Below, piece after piece: positions 12,201-22,314 of a stretch of DNA of 42,889 nucleotides (position 1 is its first letter; each line of letters opens with the position of its first letter). Origin of the DNA: Callorhinchus milii (taxonomy: Eukaryota); contig NW_024705457.1 in NCBI RefSeq assembly GCF_018977255.1, positions 1 to 42,889 of the forward strand. The letters run 5' to 3'. A program made the translations under genes and the position numbers. Below the pieces are notes generated by a model, which did not search any database, was not told where the DNA came from, and was given only the letters and a program-made list of their open reading frames with translations.

Positions 12201-15200
12201 GCCATCACCAGTGACGATTATTTGAACCAGTGCGGGGGTCTCCCTTAAGTTGACTCGGCCTCATGAGTAACTGCTGCGGTGTGTAAACATCGCCACTTGG
12301 GAGACAAAGGCGGCCGAGCGTGGTGCTGGCCACCCACCCCCTCGTGCGCCGTGTCGGCCTTCATAGGTGCTCACTAACATCACTTTCTGCTAAAGTCTAA
12401 GGCTATACGAGGGATCTTCGTGTGTGCATACAGGTGAGGATGGGCCCTCTCAGATGGCTTTGGAGGACCTGGCCATGTTCCGCGCCATCCCCACCGCTAC
12501 CGTGTTCTACCCCTCGGATGGCGTATCGACCGAACGTGCTGTCGAGCTTTCTGCCAACACCAAGGTTACCCCCCCTCCCCTGCAACTGCAGCCTAGAGCC
12601 TGAAGATTAGGGTTAATACCGTAAGAAACAGCATGCCACAATCCCATTGGGGAAGCATACTTAACTGTCTTGGTATTAATTGTAAGAGTTTGCTTTTCGA
12701 GCAAGCTGTTACCTGAAATTAATTTGAAGTTTTATTTATTATTATGTTCAACCCAGAATTTTAAAACTAGACTTGAAATGTAAGATTAGGAGAACCAAAT
12801 TGGTTTCCTTTTGCATGCCTTTATACGTCACCACGCTGGTTACAGTTTTGATTAAAGGGTGGAACATGACTAGTTCACATCTCACTTGCCGGGAATGGAA
12901 CTCTGGTGGCCGAGTTCGTAGTGTAGTGCATTCATAGCTCTACCACTGCTGCACCCAACAATTCGTTACAGCCGACTATTTTGTTATTGTTAATGAGTAT
13001 TCTTTATAAGGTTTTTGGAAAAACGGCCATTAGGTTGCGTAATGTTAACGTATGATCTATCTGGAAAGATAAAAGAAAAAAACAATCGAATCTGCCTCCA
13101 AGTCCATTTCCATAAGCCTGGCTCTACTCCACAAGTCGTGCGCCACTAACTTGTGTTCCACACCACCGTGTCTCTCGCATGCCAGGGCATCTGCTTCATC
13201 CGTAGCAGCCGCCCCGACACGGACATCCTCTACGCCAACGATGAGAAGTTTGAGATCGGCAAGGCCAAGGTGAGAACGGTGCCCGGGAGATTAAAACGTC
13301 TCTATTGGATGTTGAATGTGAATGAAGTAAATGTTTCCTGTCGTAGAGTGGCCTGGAATTCTCAAGTCACTCCAGTAGGCCTCTTTATCCTCACTAGGGG
13401 GGAGGGGGTGGGGGCATCATTTTTATATTATCTGCAGGGTGTTCACTGCATGTTCAAACTGAAATCTAAAAATCGAACTGGAATAAGATGCATTAATGGC
13501 CAAAGATAATTTTATGAATGGTTTGTGCAGTCATTGATGTACTGGCTGAATCCCTGAAATCCTTCTGCTTGCAAACCCAGTCTTATTATGGGCTGACAAA
13601 ATCCAATTTTCAATCCTATAGTCACAGCAATGCCAATCCGGAGCCACACAGCTGCCTTAATAAAGTTGTGATTGTTTAAAAGTTTTCAGATTGCTTTGTC
13701 ATCTTCCCGAGACACTGCAGTGTCTTTGTACTTGCTGAAGTGTGGTCCCGTTGAAAACCTGTTTCGTGTTGTCTGGCAGGTGGTGCTGAAGAGCGACAGT
13801 GACAAGGTGACGGTTATCGGGGCGGGAGTGACGCTGCACGAGGCTTTGGCGGCCGCTAAGACGCTCGCATCCGAGGGTGAGGCTGTCTAATCTCCTTGCC
13901 CATCAACACGCAATGAATCCATCTTTTGCTATAATCGGATACATATGCAGTGCTTTGTAAATGTAATATGTATATCAAATGTACGCATTTTATTAGACTT
14001 GCTGCTTTTATGGTGGCTTTATATTCTTTATACATCAATTGGATGTTTTTTTATTTGACTACACAAACTAGTCGCTGTGTGCAGTGTGTGCCGTTCACCT
14101 TGCTGCTCCGTTCACCCTGTCTGTCCCTCCCCCGCCGCCCCCCTAGGTCTGAACGTGCGCGTGATCGACCCGTTCACGATCAAGCCCTGGACAAGAAGAC
14201 GATTGTCGAGAACGTAAAGGCCACTGGAGGCCGCGTGGTGGTGGTTGAGGACCACTACCCCGAGGGTGAGCCGCCACTTCAGTGCAGTGGGCTCGTGTGT
14301 GTCCGCCTGCGCCGGGTCGCTCGCCTCGAGTTGCTGTTGAAACCGTTTCCATGAGAACGGCTTTCGTATTTACACAATTTGTATAAAGGCTGATGCTTTT
14401 GTTTTTAAAAGGCCCGTGACAAAATCGACCACAATGCACGTATAGGGTTGTTAAGCCAGGAGGTGACCACCATTCATAACAGGTTGTAGGCTATTGGGAT
14501 ATATTTGGACTTTGTAGCAATATCCATTGTACATTATTCACCCAAGCCTTTTACATAACTAACACCCAAGTGGTATACTTTAATTTCATAAATTGTTTCC
14601 AAACCTTGCCCTGCTTCAAACTCGTTATTTTAATTGTATATCCTGCTACTCTCCTGCCACCATTCTTTAAATATGAATTTGTAGCCACAATTGCATTTTT
14701 CTCTGACCTATAAATATGGATATATTTATATATATAATATGAGTAATCCACATGCCTCCCGCAGAGATGAATGTTGCTGCTCTACCAACTAGTGATGCAA
14801 TTTACCACGCTGAAGTCTCAAGTCTCATTTGGGATTTCCCCCTGGTATTGTCTGATTTGTACAATAAAATACTCTCAATTGACCAATCTGATCCAAATAA
14901 AATAATTCCAATGGTGGATTGTTGCTAGCCTTGTATCTTGGATGTGTTCTAAGCAAAGCGCATTGAAAAAGTCAGAGGAAGCGGAGAGAAGGGCGCTAAT
15001 GGTGAGATGGTGCACCCAAGTCACCAAAACAGGCTTCTTGGGTAGAAAAAACCCACCCCTATGACATTGAACGATTTTAAAAATGCAGTCTTTATAACAG
15101 ATCCGATTATTTTAAACGGTGGCAACAACCTGTGCTAGGAACTGAGCCCAATGTCTGCTGCTAACACTGCGTTGTGTGTGACCCCTTTTGCGTGTTTGTG

Positions 15201-15383
15201 CTGTCAGGGGGCCTGGGCGAGGCGGTGTGCGCCGCCGTGAGCTCCCAGCCCGGCATTGTAGTGCGCCACCTGGCCGTGCCACGCGTGCCCCAGAGCGGGA
15301 AACCCACAGAGCTGCTCGAACTCTTCGGCATCAGCGCCTCGCACATCGTCGCCACCGTCAAGGCCTTCGTCTTGGGAAACTGA
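167..15383 (+). CDS. TKT: Transketolase, 14 coding exons, about 626 aa
   Basis: Exons: 167-273, 2313-2430, 5805-5918, 7238-7335, 7728-7919, 8340-8467, 9629-9822, 10274-10438, 11494-11650, 12434-12564, 13186-13269, 13780-13876, 14147-14265, 15208-15383. The translation is collinear with vertebrate TKT ([59 protein letters not shown]hDP motif, [23 protein letters not shown]). Splice phases agree except for two single-base discrepancies (see findings). Confidence 0.97.
1030..1200 (+). mobile_element. RTE-clade LINE 3' end fragment
   Basis: ggagatggagcgat...gggaggcccatcatccagcagtggatt, matching the fragment at 19090-19330. Confidence 0.5.
1772..1871 (-). mobile_element. Penelope-like element terminal remnant with a minimal hammerhead motif
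   Basis: Minus strand reads TCAC-CTGAAGA-CAATTGC-TTTTGTT-GCGATC-GAAAC-GTC-GTGA, then an A/T-rich tail. The tail is repeated at 25173-25227 and about 37625-37655. Confidence 0.6.
2313..2430 (+). CDS. TKT: TKT exon 2
   Basis: cacag|C CAC CCA... [39 protein letters not shown]|gtgctg. Confidence 0.95.
2900..3057. mobile_element. MITE with about 45-bp terminal inverted repeats
   Basis: GTGTCGTTAAAACCTGCCACCACCCGACATAGCCAACTAGTAAGG ... CCTTACTAGTTGGTCGTGTCGGGTGGTGGCAGGTTTTAACAACAC; a second partial copy lies at about 23483-23590. Confidence 0.75.
5805..5918 (+). CDS. TKT: TKT exon 3
   Basis: tgtag|[38 protein letters not shown]|gtaagt. Confidence 0.95.
6296..6936 (-). mobile_element. Solo LTR (Gypsy-like) in TKT intron 3
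   Basis: Begins TGTAG and ends CTACA (TG...CA with a 5-bp inverted repeat). Flanked by CATG/CATC, a near 4-bp TSD. AATAAA on the minus strand near 6345. Confidence 0.65.
7238..7335 (+). CDS. TKT: TKT exon 4
   Basis: gctag|[34 protein letters not shown]|gtctgc. Confidence 0.95.
7728..7919 (+). CDS. TKT: TKT exon 5 (ThDP-binding GDG...N motif)
   Basis: cacag|[44 protein letters not shown]...RCEGFG|gttagt. Confidence 0.95.
8340..8467 (+). CDS. TKT: TKT exon 6
   Basis: tgcag|[42 protein letters not shown]|gtaagt. Confidence 0.95.
9629..9822 (+). CDS. TKT: TKT exon 7 (followed by a GC donor)
   Basis: gacag|[17 protein letters not shown]...[11 protein letters not shown]|gcgagt. Confidence 0.93.
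10274..10438 (+). CDS. TKT: TKT exon 8
   Basis: tgcag|[55 protein letters not shown]|gtaaaa. Confidence 0.95.
10922..11249. mobile_element. Palindromic insertion flanked by a 13-bp target-site duplication
   Basis: Arms 10938-11060 and 11076-11198 (123 bp, one mismatch), 15-nt loop; AAAGATAATATTG at 10922-10934 and 11237-11249. Confidence 0.8.
11494..11650 (+). CDS. TKT: TKT exon 9
   Basis: tttag|[52 protein letters not shown]|gtgagc. Confidence 0.95.
12135..12400 (+). mobile_element. tRNA-derived SINE
   Basis: A-box-like TGGTAGTGTAACGG, B box GTTCGATTCC at 12183-12192, then a GC-rich body. The head is similar to 20372-20320 (minus). Confidence 0.65.
12434..12564 (+). CDS. TKT: TKT exon 10
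   Basis: tacag|[44 protein letters not shown]|gttacc. Confidence 0.95.
12826..12956 (-). mobile_element. Degenerate tRNA-derived SINE
   Basis: Minus-strand head ggtgcagcagtggtagagc...gagttccattcccggc; shares TCACCACGCTGGT with the SINE at 20222-20372. Confidence 0.5.
13186..13269 (+). CDS. TKT: TKT exon 11
   Basis: gccag|[28 protein letters not shown]|gtgaga. Confidence 0.95.
13780..13876 (+). CDS. TKT: TKT exon 12
   Basis: ggcag|[33 protein letters not shown]|gtgagg. Confidence 0.95.
14147..14265 (+). CDS. TKT: TKT exon 13 (apparent -1 frameshift at 14185-14187)
   Basis: cctag|[13 protein letters not shown] / [26 protein letters not shown]|gtgagc. It is 119 nt long, but a phase1-phase1 exon needs a multiple of 3. 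Confidence 0.92.
15208..15383 (+). CDS. TKT: TKT exon 14 (coding part)
   Basis: gtcag|[57 protein letters not shown]. Confidence 0.95.
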
Positions 15384-15863
15384 AGTAGCGGCAGGCGCTG
15401 GTCATCGCGCTGCCCACCCACACCCCGGCTTTGACACAATTCCTTTTTTTTTGTCACAAGATGAGCCACTCTTTGTAGTACAAAGAGGTTGAATGTACGC
15501 AGACCTTAGCGCTTATAGTAAACTAAGTTGTCCACATTCCTTGTGCGTTCAGTTTCTACAATCAGGCGAGTCTTGGCGAAATGCAGCTGTTGGTCATTTA
15601 CCAGTTGGTCTTAATTTGTGTTACGTTTGTGTAGTTGTGCGAGCACTTGATACTTTTTCAGAAAATGTTTGACCCAAAGGGTGAAATTCCGATACGTTTT
15701 TCTGAACTGGACAGATTTGCATCGGACTTGAAATGACCAAATAGTAAGATTCCACCATTAAACTGTTGTGCCCTGTTAGTCTTCTAGCCCTGCTTGGGGG
15801 TGTTTGTGCACTTGCTGTTATTTGGCCTTCAAATGAATAATTCTTGCCCACTGATCGGTGACC

Positions 15864-15869
15864 AATAAA
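15864..15869 (+). terminator. TKT polyadenylation signal
   Basis: AATAAA about 480 nt after the stop, followed by a GT/T-rich tract (ttttgtttgtacgtgttttgtg). Confidence 0.7.
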
Positions 15870-16449
15870 GTGATTAAGTAATTTTGTTTGTACGTGTTTT
15901 GTGACATTACCTCATGCTTGCAGTCTTACACATTCAAGAGGGGGGGGGGGGGCTGCATAGGATGCACAGCTTGTTCCATCAATGCTTGTTTGACTTGTGG
16001 GAGGAAACTGGAGGTGGTCTGTACACAACTTTGTCCAGTCTGTACGTTGATCTCTTCAGCAGCCTGCAAGCCCCTCTGCAGGGTTGCAAGTTTCACAAAT
16101 CTGCACGATTCCTCAACCCATTTTCCTCCAGCGCCAGTTTCCTGTGCCCTTGTGCGCCTGGTTTGTGTGGTGCATGTTGATGTGCGAGGTTGCAAGTGAA
16201 ATTTACCTTTCTCAAAAAAAATTCTGTATTGCATTATAGATTTGCGTTTGTAAATCTAGTTTGAGAATAAAATAGTTCAAGAATTGTAGGTCGGTAATCT
16301 AATGCACCAATTACATCTCTGAGCAACTTACCAAAGTTGTGTCACAATTGATTAACACCTAATCTTTCTAATAACCTTTCGGTTGGCTAATTTTCTAGCA
16401 TGTTTCCAGTGCACCCAAGTGTTTTACATCTTAACGAAGCCCTATATGC

Positions 16450-16800
16450 GGCAGAGAAAGGGAATCCCATCATCCCAGAAGTGGATTGACAAGTCCTTGT
16501 GAAGATTGCTATAATTGACCACGATCTCTATCCACTGCTGTATGAATGTCTCCCACATAGCCATCTATTCCAGCCCCAACTAAACGGCACTCATTGCTCT
16601 TCCACATGAGCTGGTCGTCTTGGGCGTGTTCCATCCATTGGTTTCCAAGCCACCCGTTTTGTCCATCGACAGTCAATGGCACCTGATTGGCTTCTCCTGC
16701 CCAAACTCAATCTTCTCAAGTCCCATGTTTGTTATATGCTGCCAAGTATTTGCCTCTGTGTAATTCTCAGCATTCATTTGGGTCGATTTACTCAAAGGAA
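16450..16800 (-). mobile_element. Degenerate RTE-clade LINE RT C-terminal fragment
   Basis: Minus-strand frames give LRITQRQIL...CRWTKRVAWKPMDGTRPRRP...WETFIQQWIE, typical of the RTE RT C-terminus (RWT..V..W.P..GKR.RGRP...F.QQW). A further 3'-end copy lies at about 17215-17265 (WESLIQQWID). Confidence 0.6.
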
Positions 16801-17792
16801 ACTCCTCGATTATCAAAGGGTGCAAAAGCTGAAATGTATAAATGCAGACCCGTCCCACAGCATGTGCAGGTAAATGTTTTGCAGGCCATTGGGACTGGTG
16901 TAATCGAAAATGTAGGGGCCGATCACCCACATGAGTCGAGTAGGTTGAAAGGCTTTCTCTTGCAGCAACCACCCATTTTGGAAAAGACAGGAATATCAAG
17001 TACTGGGTTAGGTTAAGAGATTGACGAGACCTTTTAAATTGTCGGGCTTTATTCTCAACAAAACTTGCAGCAACAATTTATTCACTGAAATACAACCTCT
17101 GACTTTGACCCAAGTTATCTTAAGTCTATTTATACACAATAAATACTCTAATTCATTACCCAAAATACGCAAGGGAACTGGCCATTGGCAAACATCGCAT
17201 TTCCGTCTACGAGGAGCCAGCCCTTTGTCAATCCACTGCTGGATGAGGGATTCCCAGCACTGCAAATTCTCAGTTCAAGTGAAAATGACATTCTTCTGGA
17301 GGGAAATACGACGTGGCTGAAATATCCATAATGAAAAGTATGCGTGGCAAGAGGCTGGGTTTGCTAATTTGACGTCAAATAATTGCCAACCATTTAATAC
17401 CGTTTTTTTTAAATAATCATTACACTATCACTCTTTGTAAATGGTTCTCAGTCGCCCTGCTGTAGAGATATCGCGTGTCCTCAGAATAAAGCAAGAAGCC
17501 AAATTTGACCAGATGGCGCTTGTGTGCAGTCATTGGTGAAGGACCAACTCGCTACACTTGAGAAAACCGGTTTAATCGTGGATGTCTGAAACACTCAAAT
17601 CCAGGATCCCTGGGGTCCAAATTCAATGGGATCAAAATCTTTGACCATGGAGCCACTTAGGCACCTTGATAGGCCATACTTTCTACACCCCTGGTTTGGA
17701 GAATGTCGCTGGCGAGCTCGCCACCCACTTGCCGATGGGCGAGGCCGCTCCGTCTCACCACTGCCGCCGTGCGTCGTAGTCCCCCCACACCC

Positions 17793-18155
17793 CAGTGCCG
17801 GATTATCCCAGGAGCAAAAGTAGCTACATATGTAGTAGCTACCACGGGTCCATATGGAGTAGCTACAGGCCCTGCACTTTCAAGGGCCCTGCGCTAAATG
17901 CTTTCAAGCTATCAATTCCGGTTCAGTGATTCTGCACTTGCTCTATTACTACAGTACTATACTGCCTTCAACTTTTATGAACGACTGGGTGTTTAAGGTT
18001 AACGCTTTGTCTTATTATCTGGCTGTATAGCAAATGAAAAAATACAATTCCTTTACTGTGCAATTTAAACATTTGTTTGAAAATTTGTGGGTTTTTAGTT
18101 TCGGGCCCCTTTATAACATATGCTCCAGGCCCCGCGCTCGCTTCATCCGGCCCCG
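17793..18155. mobile_element. hAT-like non-autonomous DNA transposon, copy 1
   Basis: Termini CAGTGCCGGAT ... ATCCGGCCCCG; closely similar along its length to 24627-25051. Confidence 0.75.
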
Positions 18156-19089
18156 TCCGACTGCGCGGAGTTGTGGCGTCACGGTGGGTCGACTGCTCGT
18201 CGTGGTGCGGCGTGTCTCGCGGGGCTGACGTGGGTGGCGATGCCTGCTCCGAGCAGCCCCTCAGTTCAGCAATCTGTGCAGCAGCAAGGGGTGGCGGGGG
18301 CGAGATATGCACGGGAAGGGGAGCGAAGAGGGTTTTGTAATTGAAGGATAACTTGCAAATCGTTTTTAAACGAATCACTTAAATACGGGTACAGTATTTC
18401 ATTAGTAGCAAATAAAATGTGTAGTAGTGGCAATACACGTACAACAATGTTTACATTGAGACAATTTATTGTATGTTCATGATTTATGCATCAGAATTAT
18501 AGATGTAATTTTCCACTGAATTGCTGCAAACAAGTACGGTATTTACACTCTATTCTTAAACGGTACTAATACTGCACATACTCTACTGCATTGCGACCAA
18601 ACAACACAAATAATGAAATTATTTCATTCGAGACTTTCGGAAATGACGGTACTTTAATTGTGATGGCATTGACAGTGCTCGAGTCTTGGATTTGGCAGAA
18701 TTTTGCCGAGGTTGTACTCATCCACCATCGAGATTCGGGCATGCCCTGTGTGCTGCTGCATGCTCACTGGGCACTGCTGACACTTTTACATCCCCATCAC
18801 AGCACAACAGAGAACCTGCACAGTGCATGAAACTCCGGTAACTTAACAACACAATGCCCACCCATTTACCTCTTACATGAGCTGTGTATGAAATTCTCCG
18901 GTGCTAGGTACTGTATAGGCTTAGTAAATCAATACATAAACGTGCAGTATGTTACACTTGTGAACATGAAATGTACACACCGCATGTGCGTGCATATCCA
19001 ACATGAGTGTGACGGTAACAAAGATGAATATGGACTCATCAGGGTCACGGGACATGCATGAAATCACACGCGCAAGAATCGAGGTTATT

Positions 19090-19330
19090 CAGTATCGTGG
19101 AATTGAGCAGGAAACTTTGCGGGAAGTGATGATGGCCGGTGGTCGAGACCAAGGGTGGAGTGGCAGCCAAATGAGGGAATGCGCCCGAGAGGACGTCCGC
19201 CGGAGAGATGGAGCGATGGGAAGCAGCTCGTGTGCAGCTGCTGTAGGTGGATCGCAGGAATTGCGAGAGATGGCAACAGCTTTGAGAGGCCCTTTATCCA
19301 GCGGTGGGTTGAGCACGGCTGATTGTTGCG
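19090..19330 (+). mobile_element. RTE-clade LINE 3' fragment
   Basis: Frame reads RWSRPRVEWQPNEGMRPRGRPPERWSD, then gaggccctttatccagcggtgggttga. Confidence 0.65.
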
Positions 19331-20221
19331 TATAAAACGGATTCGCGTGACTGATGCAGCCACGAGGTGGACGCGACATTCACCGCAGTGTTAAAAAGGA
19401 AATCGATTCTTGAATCAATCGTGACCCTGATTTGAGATATTTCATCAAATCACCGAGGGGGTGAATTGTTACACCACAATACGATACGAAGGCGAACCAT
19501 TTATAGATACCCCACTGACCCTCTGACTTGGATGTCAATGATCTCAGCTTACACATCACCGAATGTTGCAAACAATTCACACTGGCTATATTGAACGTAG
19601 TGGGGTGACTATAAATGGATCACCATGTGTAATATGAACCATATTTGAACATGCAGTACAGGGTCATTTATATTGAAGGATTCCACAGTCTTGGTTAAAA
19701 TTCATTTTTAAACTTTAGCGGGTACGACCCGCGTGCGTGACCTCATCATCAGTGGTTGATTTAAGACGCCGCTCTGCCATTTGTGGTCAGCAGAGTCTGC
19801 GTTGGGAAGGAGGAGGAGGAGTTTAAAACAACTGCTGATGAAATCGAACGAGCAGTCTGCTCCCGGGTAAAGTTTAAAACTGCAATAGAGCGTCGTGCAC
19901 AAACGTGAAAGGAACAGTTTTTATGTTTTACCGCGCACTCGTAGTTTCAAAGAAGACTCGACGAGTCGTAGTAACATTGCGGTGGGCGTTGACACAGTGC
20001 AGTGGTTGCATATGCGCAGGGGTCACACGTGGTTTAAGATTTACAGAAACGTGCTCACGTGCCATCAGAAAGCAACCATTTGCCAAGCCTCTGAGAAATT
20101 CACCAAAATACTTATTCCATATGGGTACGCTTGTTTTTAATTGCTCAATAAATGCTAAATGAAAGTAATACAGCCGTATATTTTCAAGTTAAGATATCAC
20201 AAGCAAATTCATAACTTACAA

Positions 20222-20372
20222 CCCTCTGCCTGTCCAAAAACGTGTTGAAGGCCTCCCCATGCCGTGTTCAGGCATCGTGGTGGTTTGACCATACTTCACC
20301 ACGCTGGTCAGAAAGTTAACTCGGGTCAACTGGGTTAATAGCACAATGCGCTAACCGCTGCACCACCGCTCC
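20222..20372 (-). mobile_element. tRNA-head SINE with an RTE-like 3' tail
   Basis: Minus: GGAGCGGTGGTGCAGCGGTTAGCGCATTGTGCTATTAACCCAG... ending GGGGAGGCCTTCAAC..TGGACA, similar to the RTE 3' ends elsewhere in the window. Confidence 0.55.
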
Positions 20373-21613
20373 TTCCAATAAAACATCAATTGTTAAAGAT
20401 TGTAAATATGCATATTTAACTTTATATATTTGTTTACAATTATTAAACTGTGATATGTGTATCTCATTGAAACATCCAGTGTATTGAGTAGCTCATAATT
20501 ATCAAAGAAAACAACCAATCTGCACAGATTACCAATACATTTCCAATATTTTACGTGTAAAATTAAAGTCATGTAACAAACATGGAATAAGCATTTTCAA
20601 TTTCTTACTTTAATACCCACATCCGCATTAAAAAAGCAGTGCTTTTCACACGGTCAGCCTTTAAAAGTCCGGGCTTAATAGCAATCGCACCGTCTTAAGT
20701 CACATCTCAAAGCATGAGCATTGCCTGCGTGAATACACAATTGGACACGCAGATAAGTGCTGCGATTGTGTACTCCAGTCAATAACTCTTCCCTGCTAGC
20801 GACATATACTGGAACAGGTGGGAGTAGCCACACTTTACCCCACCACACGTGACTTCACTGTGGTGAGCCCAATTACACTGCTGCGTGGACACAAGCACGA
20901 GGGAGGGGGGCCATGCGGGGGGTGAGTTTAGAAATCTTGATCATTGTTTCAACTGCTGGCGACCTCTGTGCGTGTGTGCGCAAATATATAGAATTAATTT
21001 GGTAACATTTACATGCGGTCCTTTATATGGTATTCTTTCTGTTTTCTGCAACCACAGACCTTTTTTAATAAGTCAGGGTGACAAAAAACTTAGTTTACCG
21101 AGATAGACACAGATTCGTCTGAGTTTCGGTAAACCAACTTTGGGGTCATCCTGTACGTTTAATAAAATACTACTTAAAACAAATTATCCGTGCGAGGGGC
21201 AACGCTCTACTCCCATACAGAGGGGACAGATGATATTAGTCCGCACTTTGCTGTACCACATTGTCCTGGCAAGCCAAGGTACGGCCCACGGCAATGGAGT
21301 TTGGCAACATTAACATGATCCACCAACCATCGCTGCCTCCACAGGCCACGTGTGGAGCCACCATCGCCCAGCTATGTTCTCTTAGGGAGGTTCCTTCCGA
21401 AACTATTAGTCCAATTCCTCATTGTCAGCGCGGAACAACACATCTTTTGCTCGTGGAAGGAAACCAGAGCTCCCGAAGAAAATCCACACCCACAAGAATT
21501 AAACAGGCGAAAATCTGCCCAGATAGGTCGACAACCTACTTTCTGTACTGGTATCCACCAGCTCTCGCGCAGCCCAGGTTAAGTGCAAGCCAGCCAACCA
21601 ATCTTGGCACCTC

Positions 21614-21619
21614 TTTATT
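21614..21619 (-). terminator. Polyadenylation signal of the cadherin-like gene
   Basis: TTTATT on plus = AATAAA on minus, about 100 nt after the stop. Confidence 0.55.
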
Positions 21620-21717
21620 TTGCAAGCCGAAGCAGGCAGGGGGGTCTAGCCCGACGGGCACACAAGCGGTCGAGCGAGGGGGGCTGGCGAGCGGGCGGGC
21701 ATGCAGGCGGCGGCGGG

Positions 21718-22314
21718 CTAGTCGCACTCCCGGAGACCCGTTACCTGCCTTAACTCATACTGGCACGGCGGCGCCCCACCCGGGTTACGCCTGTAGGCCT
21801 GGCAGTACGGGCACGAAGACGGGACGTGGTGTCCCCCGTACAGCGGGTAGTGGGGCAGGCGGCGCGGCATGAACCCGCCGTGGGGGGGCAGCCGGTGCGG
21901 GCAGCCGGCGCCGGCCGAGGCGCAGACGGCGCACGCCGTGGGCGGCGCGCAGCCTCGCCCGCAGCAGCACGGCCACGCCGCGTGTGGCCCCGCGTGCGTG
22001 GGGCCCTCCTCGTCGGCGTCGGCGGCGTCGGCCGGGACCGCCGCCAGGACCTTGCGGCCGGAGAGGCCGCCGGCCGGCGCGGGACACGCGGAGCCGTCGG
22101 CCGCCCCCGTACCTTGGTGGACGAGGACCGTGCCCGCCGGCTTGGCGCCCGCGTCCTCCCCGGAGCAGCTGACGGGCGGGCAGCGCATCGCCATGGGCTG
22201 CTCGCACACGCGATGGGACGGGGTCACGGCGCTGGCTGCTGCTGGGGTCAGCGCCGGGGCGGGGCGTGGGGGGGGCCGTGGGGGGCCCGCTGCGATGGAA
22301 TTTACCCACGAGCC
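21718..22314 (-). CDS. Terminal exon of the cadherin-like gene (Pro/Ala/Cys-rich cytoplasmic tail)
   Basis: Open frame with strongly C/G-ending codons; TAG at 21720-21718; AATAAA on the minus strand at 21619-21614. The exact acceptor (22289-22344) is unresolved. Confidence 0.65.
   Translation of the reverse strand, partial: GSWVNSIAAGPPRPPPRPAPALTPAAASAVTPSHRVCEQPMAMRCPPVSCSGEDAGAKPAGTVLVHQGTGAADGSACPAPAGGLSGRKVLAAVPADAADADEEGPTHAGPHAAWPCCCGRGCAPPTACAVCASAGAGCPHRLPPHGGFMPRRLPHYPLYGGHHVPSSCPYCQAYRRNPGGAPPCQYELRQVTGLRECD

Noticed and set aside
167..15383. TKT as a pseudogene
   Set aside because: Both lesions are single-base losses in homopolymers, as are those in CDC42EP. The catalytic motifs and all other splice sites are intact, so assembly error is more likely.
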